NCBI GenBank assembly: GCA_902533755.1
Contig: CACANC010000002.1
Location: 10,529-74,528 of the forward strand
Length of the DNA stretch: 64,000 nt
Direction: 5' to 3'
Source of the DNA: an uncultured PS1 clade bacterium
Lineage (GTDB): Bacteria > Pseudomonadota > Alphaproteobacteria > MED-G09
Part shown: piece by piece, positions 19,484-27,938 of the stretch
Layout: every line of letters begins with the position of its first letter
Numbering within the stretch: the first letter of the stretch is position 1
The notes under the pieces: model-generated
The model's input: only the letters and a program-made list of their open reading frames with translations
Told to the model about the DNA's origin: nothing
Databases searched by the model: none
Position numbers and translations under genes: made by a program

Positions 19484-19499
19484 TGGCATCTAATTTGCT
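19484..19499 (+). promoter_or_regulatory. Sigma-54 (-24/-12) promoter for the porin-amt operon
   Basis: TGGCATCTAATTTGCT matches the consensus TGGCAC-N5-TTGCW, with exactly 10 nt between the GG and GC dinucleotides. It lies ~35 nt upstream of the ATG at 19534, and a GGAGG RBS sits at 19521-19525. rpoN is in the same window, and amt is a classic NtrC/sigma-54 target. Confidence 0.75.
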
Positions 19500-19533
19500 T
19501 ATTACTCGTATCATAAATTAGGAGGTTAACATT

Positions 19534-20187
19534 ATGATTATTTTTAAAAAGTTTAACAAGTATGTTAAAAAAGGTTTGTTTGCTGTTTTTCTTGGTTTTG
19601 CAACCGTAGGTACTACTTTTGCTGGATCTCTTGATTGGAATGTTGGTGTAACAAGCCAATATCTATGGAGAGGCATGTCACAAGGTAGTGGTGCTGCAAC
19701 ATCAGGTGGATTAGATTACACAGCTGATAATGGTTTTTCAATTGGTACATGGGTTTCAAATGTTGATTTTGGAGATGGAACATCTTATGAATTAGATGGT
19801 TACTTCGGGTATAGTTTTGGTCCAGTCAGCGTTGGATACATTTATTATGCATATCCGGATGGCGATGACCTTGATTTTAGTGAAGTTAGTATAAGTGCAG
19901 AGCTAGGCGCTGTAACATTAGGTGTTGCTGTATTAGCTGATGCTGATTGGGAAGGAACAAGTTTTGGAGATGATCCATACTTTTTCCTTGATACAGGTTT
20001 TTCACTTACTGAAGGTTTAGATCTTGGTCTTCATATCGGACATTATGATTATGAAATGGGTGATGCTGAAACAGACTATGGCATTTCGCTAGCTATAGGT
20101 GATTTTAGTTTTGGTATTATCGACTCTAGTAGAGACGATAGTGACCCTTACTTCATAGTATCATATGGTTTTTCAGGTAGTCTTTAA
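19534..20187 (+). CDS. Small outer-membrane beta-barrel, TorF / Gcw_chp (TIGR02001)-like putative porin
   Basis: 217-aa ORF with a Sec signal peptide (…GFATVGTTFA|GS). The family-typical start is NVGVTSQYLWRGMSQ. The rest is alternating Gly/aromatic/acidic beta-strand-like sequence. Confidence 0.65.
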   Translation: MIIFKKFNKYVKKGLFAVFLGFATVGTTFAGSLDWNVGVTSQYLWRGMSQGSGAATSGGLDYTADNGFSIGTWVSNVDFGDGTSYELDGYFGYSFGPVSVGYIYYAYPDGDDLDFSEVSISAELGAVTLGVAVLADADWEGTSFGDDPYFFLDTGFSLTEGLDLGLHIGHYDYEMGDAETDYGISLAIGDFSFGIIDSSRDDSDPYFIVSYGFSGSL

Positions 20188-20217
20188 TTAGATCAACCAT
20201 TTTAGAGGGTAATTATT

Positions 20218-21507
20218 ATGAAATTAATAAAAAAAATATGTCTTCTTGGCCTAATGCTGTTTACTGTCAGTGGTACAGCATTTGCTGAGGTTTCAGAAGA
20301 ATCTGCGTATATTTTTAACACATTTTCTTTTCTTGTTCATGGCTTTCTCGTTATGCTTATGGCTCTTGGCTTTACTTGCCTTGAGGCTGGCTTAGTAAGA
20401 ACTAAAAATACAGCTACTATATGTTTAAAAAATGTTGGATTATATAGTCTAGCTGGGATTATGTTCTACTTAGTCGGTTACGGCTTTATGTATAATGAAG
20501 TTAATGGATTTATAGGGCAACCAACATTATGGAATCCTGAGGCTGAAGTAAGTTCTGCCGACGGTTATTCTAAGATGTCAGACTGGTTCTTCCAGATGGT
20601 CTTCTGCGCTACTACAATGTCTATCATAAGTGGTACTGTAGCTGAGCGTATTAAACTGCTTCCATTCTTTATCTTTGCGATTGTGCTTACTGGATTTATT
20701 TATCCAATTCAAGCTTCATGGGTATGGGGTGGTGGATTCCTTTCAGAAATGGGATTCTCAGATTTTGCTGGCTCTACTCTTGTTCATTCTGTAGGTGGCT
20801 GGGCTGCATTAACTGGAGCAATAATCATCGGACCTAGACTAGGTAAATATGCATCTAATGGTTCTGTTATAGCTATTCCTGGATCAAATTTACCTTTAGC
20901 TACTATCGGTACATTCATACTATGGTTTGGATGGTTTGGCTTTAATGGTGGATCACAACTTGCACTTGGTAGTGCTGCTGATGCTGCTGCAATGGCTAAT
21001 GTATATGTGAATACAAACATGGCTGCTGCTGGTGGTTTAGTTGCCGCTATGATCTTAGCATCAATTTTATATGGTAAAGCTGACTTAAGCTTAGCATTAA
21101 ATGGTGCTCTTGCAGGTCTAGTAAGTATTACAGCAGGTCCAGATGTAGCAACACCTCTTCAAGCCATTATTATTGGCGCTGTAGGCGGTGTGTTATGTAC
21201 TCTAGCAATTCCTCTATTAGATAAGCTAAAAATAGATGATGTTGTTGGTGCAATTTCTGTTCACTTAGTTGCCGGTATATGGGGTACACTAGTGGTTGGA
21301 ATACCTGGATTAGGTACATTAGCTGCTGACTTTGTTACACAACTTATCGGTGTAGTTACTATAGGTGTGTTCGTTGTTGTAGCTAGCTCTATTGTTTGGT
21401 TGATCTTGAAAGGCGTTCTTGGCCTAAGACCAACTGAAGAAGAAGAAATGTCTGGATTAGATGTCTCAGAATTAGGTATGGAGGCATATCCAGAATTTAG
21501 AAATTAG
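20218..21507 (+). CDS. amt: Ammonium transporter (Amt family)
   Basis: 429-aa polytopic membrane protein with a signal peptide. Amt signatures include DFAGSTLVHSVGGWAAL, ILWFGWFGFNGGS and ISVHLVAGIWGTL. Confidence 0.95.
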   Translation: MKLIKKICLLGLMLFTVSGTAFAEVSEESAYIFNTFSFLVHGFLVMLMALGFTCLEAGLVRTKNTATICLKNVGLYSLAGIMFYLVGYGFMYNEVNGFIGQPTLWNPEAEVSSADGYSKMSDWFFQMVFCATTMSIISGTVAERIKLLPFFIFAIVLTGFIYPIQASWVWGGGFLSEMGFSDFAGSTLVHSVGGWAALTGAIIIGPRLGKYASNGSVIAIPGSNLPLATIGTFILWFGWFGFNGGSQLALGSAADAAAMANVYVNTNMAAAGGLVAAMILASILYGKADLSLALNGALAGLVSITAGPDVATPLQAIIIGAVGGVLCTLAIPLLDKLKIDDVVGAISVHLVAGIWGTLVVGIPGLGTLAADFVTQLIGVVTIGVFVVVASSIVWLILKGVLGLRPTEEEEMSGLDVSELGMEAYPEFRN

Positions 21508-21545
21508 TCATTCTGTTCTCCTCCCCACATTGCATGTGACTAATT

Positions 21546-21583
21546 ACCACCGCGCTTTTTTAAAGCGCGGTGGTTTCATTTTC
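21546..21583 (+). terminator. Rho-independent terminator after amt (possibly bidirectional)
   Basis: Perfect 13-bp stem ACCACCGCGCTTT / AAAGCGCGGTGGT with a 3-nt loop, followed by TTCATTTT. It is the only GC-rich hairpin at any of the eight convergent junctions in the window. Confidence 0.85.
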
Positions 21584-21587
21584 AAAC

Positions 21588-22364
21588 CTACAAATCTCTT
21601 ACCAAATGACCGCCATCAACCACTAATATTGATCCCGTCATATATGAACCAGCGTCACTTGCAAGGAGAAGTATAGGACCTTCAAGCTCCTTAATATTTC
21701 CAGGCCTCCTTAAGGGAACTCTCTTGATCATAGGAGCACTCATTTCAGAGTCTAAAAATTCGCTATTTAAATCAGTTCTAAAATAACCTGGCGCTATAGC
21801 ATTAACGCGTACATTATATTTTGCCCATTCAAGTGCCATTTGGCGCGTCATGTGGGTGAGAGCAGCTTTTGATATTGCATAAATACCATTTCCCTTTTGT
21901 GCTGCTTCGCCAGTAATGGAAGATACATTTAAAATGACTCCATCTTTTTGATCTTTTTCTAATCTTGATTTAAGCCATAATTTTGATAGAGCCCATGGAC
22001 CACGAAGATTTGTATTTATAACATTATTCCAGTCATCTTCTTCATTATTATCTAAGGTTCCTACTACAGTCATTCCTGCATTATTCACTAGTATATCAAC
22101 TGAAGCGAATGTTTTATTTATCTCAACAAGACAATCGGAAATTGAGTTTTCTTCAGTTATATCTAAAGAGAAAATTTCAACATTTTGACTTTTATCATTA
22201 AGCATTGATTGGGTTTCTTCGAGTTTTTCTTTTCTCCTTGCGGCAAGTGCAAGGTTAGCACCAGCATTATATAAAGTTTTGGAAATTTCTTGACCAATAC
22301 CACTTCCAGCTCCAGTAACTAATGCTGTTTTACCTTCAAGGTTAAATAATTTATTTGTTGTCAT
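21588..22364 (-). CDS. Short-chain dehydrogenase/reductase (classical SDR)
   Basis: 258-aa ORF with motifs TGAGSGIGQ and NNAG, and the catalytic S...YAISK. Confidence 0.9.
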   Translation of the reverse strand: MTTNKLFNLEGKTALVTGAGSGIGQEISKTLYNAGANLALAARRKEKLEETQSMLNDKSQNVEIFSLDITEENSISDCLVEINKTFASVDILVNNAGMTVVGTLDNNEEDDWNNVINTNLRGPWALSKLWLKSRLEKDQKDGVILNVSSITGEAAQKGNGIYAISKAALTHMTRQMALEWAKYNVRVNAIAPGYFRTDLNSEFLDSEMSAPMIKRVPLRRPGNIKELEGPILLLASDAGSYMTGSILVVDGGHLVRDL

Positions 22365-23637
22365 TGAACACTCCTATTGCTGCAGCTGTCATTACCTTTA
22401 TTCCGGTTGAAAGGGTTGGTATTGGATCGGGTGCAAAAAATGGTGAGTGAATTCCAGGTAAATCAATCTCTCCTCTAACTGATTTTTCCCAAACTTCAAG
22501 TTCACTTGCTCCAAGCCAAAATAGGAAAGTTGGTATTTTTGGTTCAACTCTTCCATATCTTCCAAAATCCTCACCACCCATAACTGCACTAGATTCAAAA
22601 ATATTTTCTTTTCCAATAGATTTCTCAATATAACCAACAACCTCGTCAACAAAATTCGGAGTGTTGTAAAGTGCTGGAGTATACTGATCTCTCAATTTAA
22701 GTGTAGGCATTTTATTTTCAGGTATTCCTAATGAAATTGCCTCACCTTCAATTATTCTTTTTATTTTAGAAATAATTTCTTCTCTTACCTCATCTGTATA
22801 AGAGCGCATAGTCAACTGCAATTTAACTTCATCTGGAATAATATTATGTTTATATCCACCATGAATTGAACCGACAGTAACAACAGCTGGGTTTAAAGGA
22901 TCTATCTCTCTACTAACTATTGTTTGAAGTGAAAGAATAATTTTGGAAGCAAGTACAATAGGGTCTTTTGCTCTATGCGGATATGCACCATGACCTCCAA
23001 CGCCGTATATTGTTATATCAGCCATATCAACATTAGCCATTGCATATCCTTTAGTATATGTCACTTTTCCTGCGGGAAAAGAACCAACATGAAGGGCTAG
23101 ATTGAAATCCGGTCTAGGAAATTTATCAAACAAACCTTCTTCAAGCATTTTTGCTGAACCTTGTCCAACTTCTTCTGCTGGTTGAAAAATAACCATTAAT
23201 GTTCCTGACCATTTATTTTTTGAGTTAATTAATTCTTTTGCTGTTCCTACTGCGACAGCCATATGAACATCATGACCACATGCATGCATAACTGAAACTT
23301 CTGTTTTATCATCATTAAGCATTTTGATTTTGGAGGAATATTCCAAGCCAGTTTTTTCTTCAACTGGTAGCGCATCCATATCAGCTCTAATCATTAAGAC
23401 AGGACCTTTTCCGTTTTTAAATATTGAAACGACCCCTGTTTTTGCGAAGTTTCGAGTAACCTTAAATCCTAGACCCTCCATTTTATCTGCTAGTAGATTA
23501 GATGTTTTGAATTCTTGCCAAGATAATTCAGGATTAGAATGCAAATGTTTATATAAATCCAAAATTTCATCTGCATTAGATTTACCAACTAAAGAAAGAA
23601 AAATTAGAGAAAGTATAAATAGTTTTTTATATATCAT
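22351..23637 (-). CDS. Secreted M20D-family amidohydrolase (aminoacylase / hippurate hydrolase type)
   Basis: It has a signal peptide (KKLFILSLIFLSLVGKSNA), the metal-binding motif MHACGHDVH, and typical M20D length. The track start 23652 is a TTG. The ATG at 23637 gives the MIYKK... start. Confidence 0.85.
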   Translation of the reverse strand: MIYKKLFILSLIFLSLVGKSNADEILDLYKHLHSNPELSWQEFKTSNLLADKMEGLGFKVTRNFAKTGVVSIFKNGKGPVLMIRADMDALPVEEKTGLEYSSKIKMLNDDKTEVSVMHACGHDVHMAVAVGTAKELINSKNKWSGTLMVIFQPAEEVGQGSAKMLEEGLFDKFPRPDFNLALHVGSFPAGKVTYTKGYAMANVDMADITIYGVGGHGAYPHRAKDPIVLASKIILSLQTIVSREIDPLNPAVVTVGSIHGGYKHNIIPDEVKLQLTMRSYTDEVREEIISKIKRIIEGEAISLGIPENKMPTLKLRDQYTPALYNTPNFVDEVVGYIEKSIGKENIFESSAVMGGEDFGRYGRVEPKIPTFLFWLGASELEVWEKSVRGEIDLPGIHSPFFAPDPIPTLSTGIKVMTAAAIGVFNDNK

Positions 23638-23638
23638 A

Positions 23639-24160
23639 CTAATAATGTTCAATCTTATCTTCTATTGCGTGCCCTTCAAAAGGAATTAAAATCTGTCTTC
23701 TAAATGTACAAACAACAACATTATTTTGGTTTGTTCCTGTAGTTTTAATTGTAACAATTCCTTGACCCTCTCTTGTTTTGCTCTCTCTTTTATCAAGAAC
23801 TTCAGAGGACCCATATATTGTATCACCATGAAATACAGGAGCTGTAAATTTAACTTCATCCATTCCAAGATTTGCAATAGCTTTTTGGCTACAATCTGAA
23901 ACACTCATTCCGATTAGAAGAGACAATGTGTATGGTGAAACAACAAGATTTTTACCAAATTCTGTTGCTTTTCCATATTCAGCGTCAAAATGAATAGGGT
24001 GAGTATTTAATGTCATAAGTGTAAAAAGATGGTTATCATACTCGGTAATTGTTTTACCAGGTCTGTGATCATAAACATCACCAACATTAAAATCTTCAAA
24101 ATATCTTCCAAATTTTTCTCTGTAGTGATTAGGTCCAATTTCTTTTGAATTTTTAATCAT
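23639..24160 (-). CDS. MaoC-like (R)-specific enoyl-CoA hydratase / dehydratase (hot-dog fold)
   Basis: ~173 aa with TITEYDNHLFTLMTLNTHPIHFDAEYG, the hydratase 2 motif region. I set the start at ATG 24160 after GAAGGA. The track start 24193 is a TTG. Confidence 0.8.
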   Translation of the reverse strand: MIKNSKEIGPNHYREKFGRYFEDFNVGDVYDHRPGKTITEYDNHLFTLMTLNTHPIHFDAEYGKATEFGKNLVVSPYTLSLLIGMSVSDCSQKAIANLGMDEVKFTAPVFHGDTIYGSSEVLDKRESKTREGQGIVTIKTTGTNQNNVVVCTFRRQILIPFEGHAIEDKIEHY

Positions 24161-24215
24161 TAGATTCAATCCTTCATTCTTTTGATTTAACAAAAATAGT
24201 TCAAAGTTTTTTTAT

Positions 24216-25208
24216 TTATTCATTTCCGTAAATTGTATTATGTGTGTTGTTTACACGAACAAATGTAGTGCATTTTGATAGGGTTTTTAATCTATTAGCG
24301 CCAACATAAGTGCATGCTGAACGAATACCGCTTAAAATATCTTTTATAGTATCATCAACTTTACCTTTGTAAGGTACAGAAACTGTTTTCCCCTCAACTC
24401 CTCGGTAGTGATTATTATTGTTATGTTTGTTCATAGCTGATTTAGAAGCCATACCATAAAACTTCATTTCTCCATTTACCAATTCACCCTCACATTCATC
24501 ATGACCTGCAAGCATTCCACCAATCATCACAAAATCTGCTCCTCCAGCAAATGCTTTAACAATATCTCCAGAACTAACGCAACCACCATCTGCAATTATA
24601 TGTGCATTTAACCCGTGAGCCGCATCTGCACATTCTATCACAGCGCTCAATTGAGGGTAACCAATACCCGTTTTAACTCTTGTAGTACAAACTGATCCAG
24701 GTCCTATACCAACTTTAACAATATCAGCCCCAGCAAGAATAAGTTCTTGTGTCATATCTGCCGTAACAACATTTCCTGCTACAATTGTTGCTTTTGGACA
24801 TTTATTTCGTAATTTCTTAACAGCATCTACAAAACGTATTGTATAGCCATTTGCTACATCCAGACCTATAAAACCAGATGAAATTTTTGATAATCTCGAA
24901 ATATCGTCTATTCCACCAAACCAACATATGTTTTTCTTACCTTTGATAAATTTATTTATATTTTTTTTTAGGTGATGTTTAGCTGGACAAGTTATCATCC
25001 CATGCTTAGCCAGAACTTTATGCATTGCTGGCGTTCCTACTGTGTCCATATTTGCAGACATAATTGGAATACCTGTCCATTCTTTTTTGCTCCATAAAAA
25101 CTTATGAGTTCTTCCAAGATAAACTTCACCCCTGGAGCTCATTGTTGATCTTTTTGGTCTAATTAAAACATCAGAATAATCTAGTTTAATTTCTTCATTT
25201 AAAAGCAA
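24216..25208 (-). CDS. guaC: GMP reductase
   Basis: 330-aa ORF. The N-terminus [15 protein letters not shown]... is collinear with E. coli GuaC. The catalytic loop is [14 protein letters not shown]. It appears to use a TTG start. Confidence 0.9.
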   Translation of the reverse strand: MLLNEEIKLDYSDVLIRPKRSTMSSRGEVYLGRTHKFLWSKKEWTGIPIMSANMDTVGTPAMHKVLAKHGMITCPAKHHLKKNINKFIKGKKNICWFGGIDDISRLSKISSGFIGLDVANGYTIRFVDAVKKLRNKCPKATIVAGNVVTADMTQELILAGADIVKVGIGPGSVCTTRVKTGIGYPQLSAVIECADAAHGLNAHIIADGGCVSSGDIVKAFAGGADFVMIGGMLAGHDECEGELVNGEMKFYGMASKSAMNKHNNNNHYRGVEGKTVSVPYKGKVDDTIKDILSGIRSACTYVGANRLKTLSKCTTFVRVNNTHNTIYGNE

Positions 25209-25380
25209 TTTTGATATCCTATTTTTTAAGATTTATATCAATTCACTTTATTATAATAACTTTTGCATTAATAGAAAAAAATTGAATAATATGAAGTTAA
25301 TTTTTTAATTTTTTGAAAAGAAAAATATTAAAATGAAATCAATATATTTAATAATCCCAAATCAAAAAATTTGGAGTAAA

Positions 25381-26475
25381 ATGATTAAAAATATTATTTA
25401 CTTTTTTATAATATTAATAATTTTTACGACTGATAGTAAAACTCAAATTGCACGCGATAATATTGATTCTGATTTACTTCCTGGGGTTTTACGAACATCA
25501 GATGAGCGTTTTGAGAAACTTGAGGATTATCCATTTAAACCAAATTATATGATTATTGATGGATTAAGAATTCATTATCTAGACGAAGGCCCTGAAGACG
25601 CTGACCCAATAATATTATTTCATGGTGAACCAGCATGGAGTTATTTATTTCGTAAAATGATACCTGTTTTAACTGATGCGGGACACCGAGTTATTGTACC
25701 AGATATGGTTGGATTTGGAAAATCAGATAAATTTATTTCTAAATATGATTATAGTTACAAGCATCATATAGATATGATGAAAGAGCTTGTGATTCAGTTA
25801 GATTTAAGGGAAGCAACTCATTTTGGTCAAGATTGGGGAGGGCTAGTTGGATTAAGAGTAGTTGCTGAGTTACCTGACCGTTTTGCGAGAGTTGTTGTCT
25901 CAAATACAGGAATGGTAGCTAGAGCAGGTTTTTCAGGTTGGTTATTTAAAAATATTGTTAAACTTGTTGTTTGGTGGCATGGACCGATTACATTTGAAGA
26001 ATTAAAACTTGCTAGAGATAAGGCATTAAAAAGTAATAATCCTTCTCCTCTCGTAGGGGCTATTATGTTTTCAAAATGGATTGCTTATTCATATTATAGC
26101 GAAGATATGGATATCGTTGGAATTATAGAAAGTTTTGGTGGGTTAAGTTTATCAGAGGGTGAAAAAAGAGCTTATGAAGCTCCTTACCCAAGCGGTGAAT
26201 ATAAAGCTGGTCCACATGTATGGCCATATTTAATCCCAACACAGCTTTCAGAAAATGAAAAATATTGGGTTGATGTATATGAAAATTGGGAAAAACCATT
26301 TTTGGTTGCATTTGGTGAAAATGAAAGAATTACAATAGGAATGAAGGATGATTTTTTAGAACGAATTCCAAATCCAACTGTTATTACTCTAAAGGGAGCT
26401 AGTCATTTTGTTCAAGAAGAAGTAGGGCCAGAACTGGCAAAAATAATAGATGATTTTATCAAGAATAATCCTTGA
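25381..26475 (+). CDS. Haloalkane dehalogenase, HLD-I (DhlA-like), with an N-terminal hydrophobic signal/anchor
   Basis: The sequence is collinear by eye with Xanthobacter DhlA. Shared segments are RTSDERFEKLEDYPFKPNY, HGEPAWSYLFRKMIPVL, the nucleophile elbow GQDWGG, YEAPYPSGEYKAGP, the acid in GMKDD and the His in GASHFVQEE. I set the start at ATG 25381 (GGAG RBS), giving MIKNIIYFFIILIIFTTDSKTQ. Confidence 0.85.
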   Translation: MIKNIIYFFIILIIFTTDSKTQIARDNIDSDLLPGVLRTSDERFEKLEDYPFKPNYMIIDGLRIHYLDEGPEDADPIILFHGEPAWSYLFRKMIPVLTDAGHRVIVPDMVGFGKSDKFISKYDYSYKHHIDMMKELVIQLDLREATHFGQDWGGLVGLRVVAELPDRFARVVVSNTGMVARAGFSGWLFKNIVKLVVWWHGPITFEELKLARDKALKSNNPSPLVGAIMFSKWIAYSYYSEDMDIVGIIESFGGLSLSEGEKRAYEAPYPSGEYKAGPHVWPYLIPTQLSENEKYWVDVYENWEKPFLVAFGENERITIGMKDDFLERIPNPTVITLKGASHFVQEEVGPELAKIIDDFIKNNP

Positions 26476-26507
26476 GAAGATGCAGTGTGAGAAGTAAAAG
26501 GTGTGAT

Positions 26508-26529
26508 AGAATAGTTATGATTCTTTTTT
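26508..26529 (+). terminator. Weak candidate intrinsic terminator after the dehalogenase gene
   Basis: A 5-bp stem AGAAT/ATTCT with a 7-nt loop, followed by a T5 run. It is AT-only and thermodynamically weak. Confidence 0.25.
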
Positions 26530-26542
26530 GAGCTTTTTATAA

Positions 26543-27934
26543 ATGATAAATATCAGGATTTGTACTTTAGTAATTGCGATTACCATTTTCATAAGTGGTT
26601 GCTCATCTAATCAAAAAAAATATCTAAAAAAGTTACCTGATATTCCCTCAAACTGGTCCTCAATCTATGAAGGTAATGAGAATTCTAATGGTTGGGTAAG
26701 TGAATTTAAAGACGAAACTCTATATGGTCTAATAAAAGAAGCTCTCGAGAATAATAAGGACTTAGGCATTGCATACGAAAATATAAAAATTGCTAGAGCT
26801 AGAGCAGGAGCTTCACTTGCCCTATTATTGCCAGCTATTAATATAGGTGCAGCAAAAAGCCAAATATCAACAACTATCCAAAACCCTAATGGTGAGATTG
26901 AAAGAATTTATAATTATCGTGACAGCCTTACAACCCAACTTAATTGGGAAATTGATATATGGGGTAGATTATCGACTAGATCCAGAGCTTCATATCTCAA
27001 TGCTAAATCAGTTTACAATGATTATGAGGCAGCGAAATTATCTATTGTAGGGTTAACAGCGCAAGCTTGGTATTTGTTTTGTGAGTCTAAGCTTCAAACT
27101 GACTTAGCTGAGAGAAATCTTCAAACAAGACTTAGCACACTTAAAAGAGTTGAAAGTAGGTACCAAAAAGGGATAGCTCAAAGTAGAGATCTCCGTTTAG
27201 CAAGATCAGAGGTTGAGTCAAGAAAAGCTGAACTTTTAAATAGGAAAAAAGCTCTTTCTGAGGCATCAAGAAACCTTGAAATTATTATAGGAAGATATCC
27301 GAGTTCAACTATATCAGCAGATATTTTACCAAGATTACCACCAAAGCCTACTTTAGGTTCGCCAGAAGATGTTCTCAAAAATAGGCCAGATATTATTAGT
27401 TCAGAAATTCAGTTAGAACAGGCTGGTTTAGAGGTTACCGCAGCAAGACTTGCTTTCCTTCCAAGCTTAAACATAACTGCACAATGGTCAACTTTAGAGA
27501 GGGATTGGTCAGATGCATTTGATCCTGATAGACTTGCAGGGAATATAATAGCCAGTTTAACGCAATCAATTTTTCAGGGCGGTACTAGAATTGCTCAGAG
27601 TAAAATTACTGAGTCTCAGATGAAGATAATTCTTAACCAGTACTCAAAAACCTTACTTAATGCTGCAAGAGAAATTGAGGATGCATTATTCGCTGAAAAT
27701 ATTCTTCAAGATAGAGAAGAGTCATTATTAAATGCTTTCAAAGAAGCAAAAGCTGCAGAAGAGTTAACAATTGATCAGTATAACAGAGGTGTTTCGACTA
27801 TTTTTGAACTTCTAGATGCGCAGTCCAGAAGACTAAGTGCAGAAAGTTTATTGATAAATTCAAGTCTTTTGAGAATCACTAACAGAATAAAATTACATTT
27901 AGCCATATCTTCGCCATTATTTGAGGAGATATAA
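26543..27934 (+). CDS. RND efflux outer-membrane factor lipoprotein (NodT/TolC family)
   Basis: 463-aa ORF with the lipobox FISGC and two OEP-type repeats rich in coiled-coil Ala/Leu/Gln/Arg sequence. Confidence 0.9.
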   Translation: MINIRICTLVIAITIFISGCSSNQKKYLKKLPDIPSNWSSIYEGNENSNGWVSEFKDETLYGLIKEALENNKDLGIAYENIKIARARAGASLALLLPAINIGAAKSQISTTIQNPNGEIERIYNYRDSLTTQLNWEIDIWGRLSTRSRASYLNAKSVYNDYEAAKLSIVGLTAQAWYLFCESKLQTDLAERNLQTRLSTLKRVESRYQKGIAQSRDLRLARSEVESRKAELLNRKKALSEASRNLEIIIGRYPSSTISADILPRLPPKPTLGSPEDVLKNRPDIISSEIQLEQAGLEVTAARLAFLPSLNITAQWSTLERDWSDAFDPDRLAGNIIASLTQSIFQGGTRIAQSKITESQMKIILNQYSKTLLNAAREIEDALFAENILQDREESLLNAFKEAKAAEELTIDQYNRGVSTIFELLDAQSRRLSAESLLINSSLLRITNRIKLHLAISSPLFEEI

Positions 27935-27938
27935 AGCT

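Noticed and set aside
20218-21507. Locally higher G+C (amt, and E1beta at 46225-47238) as a sign of horizontal transfer
   Set aside because: The enrichment tracks Gly/Ala-rich conserved protein sequence. No flanking tRNA, integrase, repeats or codon-style discontinuity is visible.
23324-23689. 121-aa plus-strand ORF
   Set aside because: It is antisense to the M20D amidohydrolase and the MaoC gene end, with no motifs.
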